Below are positions 53,399-64,000 of a stretch of 64,000 nt of DNA, one piece after another; position 1 is the first letter of the stretch; every line of letters begins with the position of its first letter. The position numbers were made by a program, and so were the translations under genes. This stretch comes from Octopus vulgaris (Eukaryota). The notes under the pieces were generated by a model, which was not told the DNA's origin, did no database searches, and saw nothing but the letters and a program-made list of their open reading frames with translations. The stretch spans positions 20,956,001-21,020,000 of the forward strand of contig OX597820.1 in the NCBI GenBank assembly GCA_951406725.2. The letters run 5' to 3'.

Positions 53399-53735
53399 CT
53401 TAATATAGAGCAGTCACCTAGGTTTTCTGAGTTCAATCCTTAGCAAGATACTATGGTTAATTCACATAAAAAAATCAACTGAAGCAAAAAAACATCATGA
53501 CACAAGACACTTGAAGAATGCTGGAGAGTACATAGCAAAATGTAGTGAAAACAATGATCAAGATGAGGACACTAGTTCAGCTAAAGTAAACACAAAGTGA
53601 ATTCCTCATCTCTAATATATAGAATTGTATTATCCAATTGGTATGGAACTGACATAAGACATCAATGATGACATTAGGTTTATAAAGCTTTAAAATTTAC
53701 TGTCACTGCCTATGGGCATAGCATAGAGGATAAAA
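53399..53735 (+). mobile_element. Retrozyme-like monomer, right copy, circularly permuted
   Basis: B box GAGTTCAATCC (53429-53439), decayed hammerhead CAC-UUGAAGA-A-UGCUG..UAGCA-AAA-UG-UA-GUG (53508-53547), then the segment containing the A box TAGCATAGAGG (53719-53729) at the end instead of the start. Confidence 0.6.
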
Positions 53736-53744
53736 ACGATAAAC

Positions 53745-54048
53745 GTCGCCCTTTTCAAGCCTAGCTAGGCTTGTGGGCTCGGTTTCCTGGTTTCTGTGGC
53801 GTATGTATTCCCCCCAGCTGGACGGGACGCCAGTCCATCGCAGCGTTACTCAAGAAACAGGAAGAGAGAGCGAGGAAAAGTTGTGGCAAAAGAGTACAAC
53901 AGGGGTCGCCACCACTCCCTGCCAGAGCCTCATGGAGCTTTTAGGTGTTTACGATCAATAAACACACACAACGCTCGGTCTGGGAATCAAAACCACAATC
54001 CTCCGACTGTGAGTCCTCTGCCCTAACCACTGGGCCATTGTGCCTCCA
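53745..54048 (-). mobile_element. SINE family E
   Basis: Reverse complement of 23043-23335; abuts the right retrozyme-like monomer. Confidence 0.85.
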
Positions 54049-54069
54049 CATATATTTATATATATATAT

Positions 54070-54101
<32 letters not shown>

Positions 54102-56779
54102 TTGATTAATGAGAAAGACAGAAGATAGAAGATACGAGAATGTTTATTAATCATTACAATTATTTCAACCCATCTAGCATCAACCCCTAATGAGTTGGAT
54201 GAAAACATAACCTCCTTTTTTGGTGGAGGTAAATATAACTGTTAATAGATATACGTATAGGGACACACACAACAAGCTCCCATGCAATTTCTGTCAACTA
54301 CGTAATGTCATGCACAGAAAACAATTGCTTAAGGTACCATGCAGTAGGATGGAACACAAAACCACATAACTGAGCTTTGTCACCAGACTGCTATGTCTGT
54401 GCCCTATATATATATTTACGTATATATAAATAGAATACATGATTCTGTCTGTATTTCCTTCCCTTTCTACAGCAGATATACCAAATAAAACTGGGGAGTA
54501 AAACCGGTTTAGTGTCAGCATTTCTTCAACCACTCACTCACTCACTCACACACGTTCATTTGTATACATACACAGACACATACACATGTACACACACATA
54601 CTTACATTAATAGCATAATATGTTGTTATGTTTATGTTGTCGTTGTTATTGTTTTGCAAGAGAGCCTCAGTGAGGTTGCCATGAATAGAAATAGTAGCCA
54701 CATGTTCCTCAATTCATGTATCATCATTATCCTTTTGTATCCACTTTCCATGCAGGCATGGTTTGGACATTTTTCTTTTATTCTGTTTCTTTAATTCTGT
54801 TTCAGTCATTTGACTACAGCCATGCTGGAGCACTGCTTTTAGTCGAACAAATCGACTACAGGACTTATTTTTTGTAAGCTTAGTACTTATTCTATCGGTC
54901 TGTTTTGCTGAACTGCTAAGTTATGGGGACATAAACACACCAACATCAGTGCTCAAGCGACGGTGGGGGGACAAACACACACACAAACACACATGCACGC
55001 ACACACGCGCACACACACACGCACACACACACACACACACATACACGATGGGCTCTTTTGAGTTTCCTTCAACCAGATCCACTCACAAGGCTTTGGTCTG
55101 CCCGAGACCATAGTAGAAGACACTTGCCCAAGGTGCCACAGAGAGGGACTGTACCCGGAACCATGCTGTTGGTTTGGCAAGCTTCTTACCACACAGTTAC
55201 TCCTGCACCTATACATGTTGATACTTCTCTCATAGATGAGTCAGAGGATTACACCTCACTCAAAAGTTTGTTTAATTTTGGTTTGGCTTCGTTTTTGCAG
55301 GTGGATGCCATTTCCAACATAAGCTACTTTATAGTATATACTTACTTTACAGTATATACTGAGTGTATGTTATCATGTCAACAACACTGGAGATTGTCAT
55401 GTCTTCAACAAGAATGAAATATCCTCTTGGTGTTTACTAAGTACAATTTATTCAGGTATCAGCTTTAGAGAGAAATGCCATTTCATAAACAAGACTGTAG
55501 TAATCCCCTCAATCTATGTTACTGATAACCAACCACTTTACAGAGTAGACTGGCAGATATTTTTTTCGTAGCACAAGCACTAGTGAGGTTGCCTTGCCTG
55601 TAGAATTAGAGGGTCCTCACAACAAGATGATGTGTTTATTCACTCAAGATAACAGATCTAAGATGAGTAGAAGAGGCAAAGACTACAAGAGTATGGCAGC
55701 AGAAACAGAGTGATTGCAGGGAAAGGGAATAGACAGTGATGGATAGTGAATGAGGAAAGCTGATAGCAATAGAAAGTGGTTTGGGGAAGAGGAGGTGATG
55801 ACTGGCAGTAAAGAAAGGTTGATGATATGGTGTATAGGGAGCCTTCCTTTGTTACACCTGTAGAGTAATGAAACAAATAAAAGAGAAGGGATGTGAAGAA
55901 AAGGTGAATGATAGGAAGAAAAGTTATTGTTCAGATTCTTGCTGTTGTGTGTGCGCCTCATGGATTATTATCAGTCACAATAGAGAACAAGGTGATAATA
56001 AGACTTAAACATGTGATATACACCAGGTAAGTGGTTGATATATGCTTTATAATGGATATAATTGAAGACATTGAAAAATGAAAGGAAGACCTCCTACAAA
56101 ACAACTTTCTTTTATGATTCAACGTCAGAAACAATAAAACTCCTAACAATACAATGAGACCCCATGCACACTTTCTAGACATAAAGGATCAGTTTAAAGA
56201 AAAACAAGTGTACACCAACTCCATTTATATCAATGACAAATTATATGCATATGCTTATATGGATGAACGACCAATTCAATAAGTACCTTGTCGCAGTGAA
56301 GTGCCTGTGTGCTCCATTGACCTGGAGAGGTACGCTGGAGAGAGCGAATCTTCAGACAGGTCTTACCAGGCCAGACAGATCAAAAGGTAGGAGATAGACA
56401 AAGCCTTAATGACAATAAATCGAAGTGTTGGCAGCAGGGCATGGATTTAGTTATCGGCAGGACCTAACAGATAAGATTCCTGGCTTTGAACTGGTAGGAT
56501 GTCATACAGAGGATCTTGAATATAAGACAATGGATGAAACCCTAATACTCCTAGTTAGATAGAAACTGCAGGACCAACATGGGGCAGCGCCCTGTGACTC
56601 CTATAGTACACGCAACTGAAACCTCTATGAAGGGTATCCTACGAGACGACCTAGATGAGATGATGACTACAAGGGAAAAGTGACAATCCTCTCAGGATAA
56701 ACTCCTAGTAATACAATGATACCTTACACACTTTCTAGACACAAAAAATCAGTTTAAAAAAACAACAGGTACATCAAAT

Positions 56780-56989
56780 ACTCTTTTACTTGTTTCAGTC
56801 ATGTGACTGTGGCCATGCTGGAGCACCGCCTTTAGTCGAGCAAATCGACCCCAGGACTTATTCTTTGTAAGCCTAATACTTATTCTATCGGTCTCTCTTG
56901 CCGAACAGCTAAGTTACGGGGACGTAAACACACCATCATCGGTTGTCAAACGATGTTGGGGGGAAAAACACAAACACATACATATATAC

Positions 56990-57085
<96 letters not shown>

Positions 57086-57125
57086 GTATATATATATATA
57101 TACATATGTATATATATATATATAC

Positions 57126-57186
<61 letters not shown>

Positions 57187-57365
57187 CATATACATATATA
57201 TACGATGGGCTTCTTTCAGTTTCCATCTACAAATCCACTCACAAGGCTTTGGTCAGCCCAAGGCTATAGCAGAAGACACTTGCCCAAGGTGTCACGCAGT
57301 GGGATTGAACCTGGAACCATGTGGTTGGTAAGCAAGCTACTTACCACACAGCTACTCCTATGCCT
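56780..57365 (-). mobile_element. SINE family A with its internal (TA)n expanded to ~220 bp
   Basis: Both SINE halves are intact around the TA run at ~56980-57202. Further copies at ~59555-59800(+), 61028-61440(+), 62878-63290(+). Confidence 0.88.
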
Positions 57366-57669
57366 ATACATAAATTATATACATATACATATAAATATGT
57401 AAATTATATACATATATTTACATGGAGAAAGTGAATATCTGCTCAGGTGTAAAATACTTCGATAAAATCTCTGCTTAGAAAAGTATAAGGATTCACTTCC
57501 ATATACAAAACACAAAACAACGAAATCCACCAGATAAAAGAAATATTAATCAACAACAGGTATACAAACAAATTAAGAAGTAAAGCTACAGAACAATACA
57601 GAACATACATCAGATACTGTAACACCTATATAAGCCAAATACATATTAATTATAGAATAGCTATATACA

Positions 57670-58068
57670 TACTGTGCTTGAGGAGACCTATTGAGTCAAG
57701 GACATCAACATCAAAATAAATATCAAATGGAAATTGTAGTTGTGATACCTGTGCCAGTGGCACGTAAAAAGCACCATCCAAACGTGGCCGATGCCAGTGC
57801 CACCTTGACTGGCTTCTGTGCTGGTGGCATGTAAAAAGCACCAACTGATCATGGCAGCTGCCAAGCAGCCCCTGTCACCTGTGCTGGTGGCATGTAAAAA
57901 GCACCCACTACACTCACGGAGTGGTTGGCATTAGGAAGGGCATCCAGCTGTAGAAACACTGCCAGATCACACTGGGGCCTGGTGCAGCCGCCTGACTTCC
58001 CAGACCCCGGTCGAATCGTCCAACCCATGCTAGCACGGAAAACGGACGTTAAACGATGATGATGATGA
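57670..58068 (+). mobile_element. RTE-like LINE 3'UTR copy
   Basis: Same family: GTGCTTGAGGAGACC head, tandem GTGGCACGTAAAAAGCACC units, (GAT)n tail. Confidence 0.75.
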
Positions 58069-58147
58069 CACTTTACATAGGCCTGCTACTGCAGTGTTTA
58101 CCCTGAGGTAACAAATGTTAAGGATGTGATGTGTTAAGAACACAATA

Positions 58148-58380
58148 AATACCAGAGGGAGATAAAAATTCATGCCAGCAGTGGTCAGACAACTATTTGC
58201 AACATCAGTGAATGTTTAATTCATTGCTACCTATATTAGATGTGATGAATTCTTGTCTGAGCATGTGGCTGGCTGTGAGTATGCACCATAAAAGAGGACT
58301 AAAATGACCAAGATGCATCTGGTTTTCTTCCTGGTTACAGCTGGTATGAATTTTCTCTCTCTCTCTCTCTTTCTGATATT
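58148..58380. mobile_element. Small MITE-like element
   Basis: Imperfect TIR AATACCAGAG..AAAATTCATGCCAGC / GCTGGTATGAATTTT..TCTGATATT. Confidence 0.5.
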
Positions 58381-61300
58381 GTGTTTTTAACATTGCAAAT
58401 CCACAAGAGATGTTATCACAGGATAATTACAGCAATAACTGGCCTATCAACAGCGTATATACATTAAAAATGATACACAGATGGTTATAATAATTCAATA
58501 TTACTTCAGTAGCATATACCAGATTTTTATAGAATTGAGACTAAAAATAAACCTTATAGAATAGATGAAACAGAACATTAAATATAATATACCAAACCAT
58601 AAATTAACTCTAATAATGTATGACAAAAACACTAACATTTAAAACTGTCTTATTAATAACAAACTACAAGGATGTAAACTCATAAACAATATGATTTATA
58701 AATCCAATTGCAAACATATGAGTTGTAAACTTTACGATTCAATTGGCCATACACGTACAACCCTTTTCTGCCACTTCACTATGCATTCACAATAATGTAA
58801 CACACAATACAATACAACACTAAACAAAATTAAATACGGAAACACTTATCAACAATTGTTTCCTTTTTTAATTTTCTTTGGGAGTTAGGGTTATGTCATG
58901 TTGGTGATTTCTAAAAAAAATGAAATGGTGCTGTACATGATTACCACTGGCTAGAAAATTTTAAAACTTTGTAATGAGTAAGTAACAAATAATAAAAATT
59001 AATTATATGTATTCTATTCATCTTTTTCATTATTCTCTAATTTCAAATTCAAGCTTCTAATCCCACCAAATATTATAAAGAAATGATTATCTCCCTTGTA
59101 TGAACTGTTGGCTGGGGAACACCATGAATTTTGAACAAGCTCAGATAAAATCTATACATCTCTATATTCTAGAAAATTCCCCATAAATGTAGACAGTAAT
59201 GGAAGTAACACTGAAAGCACAGCTCAAAGCTAAACTGACCCTCATAAACAAGCTGTGACAGTAACCACCATTTGCTATTGGTTTAATTGCATGTTTATGT
59301 GTAAGTAGGTTGCTGTGTAAGATTGTTTACTTTGGATGTGTATCAATGTGACTTAGTGCTATTCAAAAAGACTATGTAATCATGACCCCAATGTGGGATA
59401 TTTTCACAATTTCTTTTCATGCATTGGCAAAGTGTCTACGTGCTGTAAGTGAAGGAGAAATTGCTGTCAGTACTATCTGTAAACATGTGAGGGTTGGAAT
59501 GCCAACAATGAACACATGAAAGAGATTTGGAGAGAGACAAGAGAAACGAAATCATGCAGGAGTGGCTGTGTGGTAAGTAGCTTGCTTACCAACCACATGG
59601 TTCCGGGTTCAGTCCCACTGTGTGGCACCTTGGGCAAGTGTCTTCTACTATAGCCTCAGGCCAACTTTGTGAGTGGATTTGGTAGACGGAAACTGAAAGA
59701 AGCCCGTCGTATGTATATATATGTGTTTGCTTGTGTCTGTGTTTGTCAACTAAAGGCGGTGCTCCAGCATGGCCACAGTCAAATGACTGAAACAGGTAAA
59801 AGAAAGAAAGGAAAAAAGAAAGAATTACATCATGCATTGGTGTAATGTATGTTGTCAAGAAAAAGAAAGAGAGAGAGTGTGTGTGTCATTAGTATATGCT
59901 ACAATGGAGCGTTCAAGGAAGAGGGGAACAAATTCATGCATGAATTGCTTGAGATGAGGAAAGCACAGTAGTGGGACAAATCATTTTGTAAACCAGCCCT
60001 TTAACATTCAGATTGCTCTGTCGAATGTTGAGACCCCCTTCGGTCATGACTGACCATGGGATTACACCTACAAAGTTACGCTCCCAGGCACAAGTCTGGG
60101 CAAGGTTGTTTATGGAAGACTAGCAGTCGCCCATGTATACCGGCCTCCCCTCTCCATGCCACCAATGTTATCCATTCGTCTGTCTTTACCTTTCCAAGTT
60201 CAAATTCCGGCGAGGTTGACTTTGCCTTTCATCCTTTTGGGGTCGATAAATTAAGCACCAATTGCATACTGGGGTTGATCTAATCAACTGGGCCCCTCCC
60301 CACAAATTTCAAGCCTTGTGCCTAGAGTAGAAAAGAATATAATATTATATAGTTTGTATACAATAGTATAATAATATTATAAATTCATGGCATCCCCCAA
60401 TTCACTGCCTTCCTTCCAATGCCTCCTTTTTCTCTACCCCCCTCCTGCAGCACCAGCACCCACCTGGCCCATCACAACACCCACTAGAGGGCAGTAGTGC
60501 CTACTTTGAGAACCTATGCTCTATAGCTTCTTATCCTTTGCAACAGTTACAAATATCTTTAGTGTGGATATCACAGATGTGAGATTTCACCTCAAGATGT
60601 TTCTGAATTGGCAAAAGGCTCCAACAGAATAAACACCAAGCTTGACAAAATAAGTGCTGGGGTCAATTCATTCAACTTAAAATTCAAGGTGGTGCTCCAG
60701 CATGGCTGCATTCAAGTGACTGAAACAAATAAAAGAAGATAGATATATCATCATCATCATTTAATGTTCACTTTCTATACTGTTATTGGGTCGATGGTTT
60801 GACAGCAGAGTCTGTTTTGGCATAGTTTCTATAACTGGATGCTCTTCCTAATGCCAACTACTTTATTTGTGCCATCATCACAAATGAGGGGTTATCAAGC
60901 AGATGGCGAGACTGCTGTGATAGGAGATACTTGCCCAAGTCCTGTGAAGTGGATTTGAACCTGTGTCCTTGAGATTGCAAAGTAATCATCTTAACCCTTA
61001 TCACTTATAAATATATATATATATATAGGGGTGGCTGTGTGTTAAATAGCTTGCTTACCAACCACATGGTTTCAGGTTGAGTCCCACTGTGTGGCACCTT
61101 CGGCAAGTGTCTTCTACTATTGCCTCGGGCTGATCAAAGCCTTGAGTGGATTTGGTAGACGGAAACTGAGAGAAGCTCGTTGTATATATGTATATATATA
61201 TGTATGTATATGTGTGTGTATGTGTTCATGTGTCTGTGTTTGTCCCCCCCAACATCGCTTGACAACCGATGCCGGTGTGTTTACGTTCCTGTAACTTAGC

Positions 61301-61562
61301 GGTTCAGCAAAAGAGACTGATAGAATAAGTATTAGGCTTACAAAGAATAAGTCTTAGGGTCAAGTTGCTCGACTAAAGGCAGTGCTCCAGCATGGCCACA
61401 GTCAAATGACTGAAACAAGTAAAAGAGAGAAAAAGAGAGTATGTATGTATGTATATATATATATATATATATATATACACTCTTTAATAGTTTCATCAAA
61501 GAAGCAAGAGCAATACTTTATAGAAAGTTCGAGACTGGTAGAGAAGTAGAGAGAAGGGGAGG

Positions 61563-61596
<34 letters not shown>

Positions 61597-61902
61597 ATCA
61601 ACAGGTCATGGATTGGTGCACAGGAAGCAATATTGAGTGACCCTGAAACTGGAATCCTGATCTGAATGTTGGCAACAGGTGGGACCCATTAAAAATAAGT
61701 CTACTTCACATTCAGTTTCATGTTCGATTCCCTTTAATTTTCTACCATATCTTCTGATCAACAAAAGCTTTGTGAGTGAGTTTTTGATAGACAGGAACTG
61801 TGTGGAAGCCTACTGAATGTGTAGTAAGAACCTGGACGAGATTCGAACCAGAGTACTCAGATTTTCCCAGTCTAGAACCACAACCTAATACATTTCCATA
61901 AA

Positions 61903-62414
61903 TAACTGGTACTTATTTAATTGACCCCGAAAGCATGAAAGGCAAAGTCGACCTTGGTAGAATTTGAACTCAGAACATAGTGGCAGATGAAATACCTATT
62001 TCTTTACTACCCACAAGGGACTAAACACAGAGAGGACAAACAAGGACAGACAAACGGATTAAGTCAATTATATCGACTCCAGTGCGTAACTGGTACTTAA
62101 TTTATCGACCCCAAAAGGATGAAAGACAAAGTTGACATCGGTGGAATTTGAACTCAGAATGTAAAGACATACAAAATACCTATTTCTATTTCTTTACTAC
62201 CCACAAGGGGCTAAACACAGAGAGGACAAACAAGGACAGACAAACGCATTAAGTCGATTATATCGACCCCAGTAACTGGTACTTATTTAATCCACCCCGA
62301 AAGGATGAAAGGCAAAGTCGACCTCGGCGGAATTTGAACTCAGAACGTAACGGCAGACGAAATACCGCTAAGCATTTTGCCTGGCGCGCTAATGTTTCTG
62401 CCAGCTCGCCGCCT
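61903..62414 (-). repeat. Head-to-tail ~2.5-mer of SINE family B
   Basis: Same junction (GAAATACC|TATTTC on +) at 61996/61997 and 62180/62181. Confidence 0.9.
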
Positions 62415-63035
62415 AGTGGCACAGTAAAGATTTTTAAGACATTCCAAACATTCTCTATCTGAGATTCTTCATCAATAACTCAACCAACACACCAACTCAA
62501 CTACATATTTACAGACACCAAGAAATCTCTTAATTCAAAACGTCTTATCGCTTTGTTGGCGACCGGCTTGAACTCCCTTCAGAACTCAGAGAAAAATCAT
62601 ACGTACATACATATGTAATCCATTAAAACCCTTTAAGGAAGTGCCACAGCTTAGTCATAATCCAAATGGCTGAATTCAGTAAAAGAATCAAAGAATCTAT
62701 TCTAAGTGTGGTAATACTGTTGCGCAAACCACATTGTTTAAACAGCTGAGAATCTCTCATGGTCGCTCAGTCTGCTAGACATAACAGCCAGACATCCCTC
62801 AACTTAGCCTATATCAACTTTAAGAAAATAAACTATTTATTGAAAAAAGAAATTTAGAAGCATCTGGAAAAAATTACGGGCTGTGTGGTAAAAAGCTTAC
62901 TTCCCAACCACATTGTTCCAGGTTCAACCCCACTGTGTGGCACCTGGGGCAGGTGTTTTCTACTATAACCTCAGGCCGACCTGAACTTTGAGAGTGAATT
63001 TGGTAGGTGGAAACTGAAAGAAGCTCCTCATGTAT

Positions 63036-63072
<37 letters not shown>

Positions 63073-63524
63073 CGTGCGTGTGTATGTGTTTGTCCACCAC
63101 CACTACTTGACAACTGGTGTTGATGTGTTTAGATTCCCCGTAACCTAGCGGTTCGGCAAAAGGGACCGGCAGAATAAGTGCCAGACTTTAAAAAAAAAAC
63201 ATAAGTACTGAGGTCGATTTATTCGACAAAAATTCTTCAAGACGTTGCCCCAGCATGGCCACAGTCAAATGACTGAAACAAGTAAAAGGAATAATAAAAG
63301 ACAGGACGATCACAGCTGAACGGCTTTTAATCATGTCCCATCCATCAGTCGACAGGGGACAAAACAACAATCAGCTCACCATGCATTTTTACATGATATA
63401 TAATTCTTATTTGACAGTTATAAATATACACAAATGATAATGGCTTGTATCACGGTGCTAACTCCTACATGCACATCTATTTTTATGCTATATAATAACT
63501 AGAATACCAATAACGTGTGGGTTA

Positions 63525-63918
63525 TCTATATATATAAAGCTGAAGTTGTCTGTGTGTGTGTGGCAGGTTTGGTAGCCTTCAACTAACACTATCTCCTCGG
63601 AGACCCTGCGGCGCAAGTTGACCAAAATTGAGAGTATGATAGAAGAAGGCTTGCTCTTCATTCCGTAGAAGAAAAAATTCAAATCAGACCATGTTAATAC
63701 CTAAAATTATTTACATCAAAAAGGTGTTTTTTTTCTATGAAAATCCCTATTTTTTAAGATTCTTTGACTGCTGTGTCACCATTTTTTGGTGTATTTCAAC
63801 CAGAAAAATGTTCACTTAAAGAGAATAACAAGCTACATAATTCGTAATGTTTACTTTTCAAAAATTCCAATTCTAAAGGGTCGAAACAAACCCGAGCAAC
63901 GCCGGGCAATACTGCTAG
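63525..63918 (+). mobile_element. Non-autonomous Helitron
   Basis: A|TCTATATATATAAAGCTG...CCCGAGCAACGCCGGGCAATACTGCTAG|T: TC/CTAG ends, subterminal hairpin, A-T insertion site, no TSD. Confidence 0.9.
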
Positions 63919-64000
63919 TAAATAAATAAAGTTTGATTTGTATTAGTGTAGTCTCGTTGAGAAACTGGACTCCTATGAAGGCCTTATCGTTAGCTAACCG

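Overview
AT-rich, microsatellite- and SINE-dense eukaryotic DNA. The repeat families look like those of an octopus/coleoid cephalopod genome (inferred from recognised repeats, not verified). One protein-coding gene is well supported: a minus-strand CRACR2A/EFCAB4B (Rab46)-like EF-hand/coiled-coil gene. Its three coding exons (20554-20809, 5623-5755, 1416-1574) splice in frame through canonical GT-AG sites, and the gene continues off the left edge. A possible last exon of another minus-strand gene lies at 46730-46801. The rest is intron or intergenic DNA containing at least five tRNA-derived SINE families, RTE and CR1-like LINE pieces, mariner/Tigger/piggyBac/hAT derivatives and non-autonomous Helitron/Helentron elements. 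One CR1-like LINE has an uninterrupted 517-codon RT ORF and sits inside a large TA/TACA microsatellite. The most unusual signals are: (i) a ~340-bp monomer combining Pol III A/B boxes with a minimal hammerhead ribozyme, present as two inverted, circularly permuted copies (retrozyme-like, 53105-53735); (ii) several other hammerhead motifs, one with an intact core in the sense orientation of a host intron; (iii) a SINE forming head-to-tail concatemers with the same junction at three independent loci. Almost all ORFs in the supplied track are artefacts of microsatellites and SINEs.
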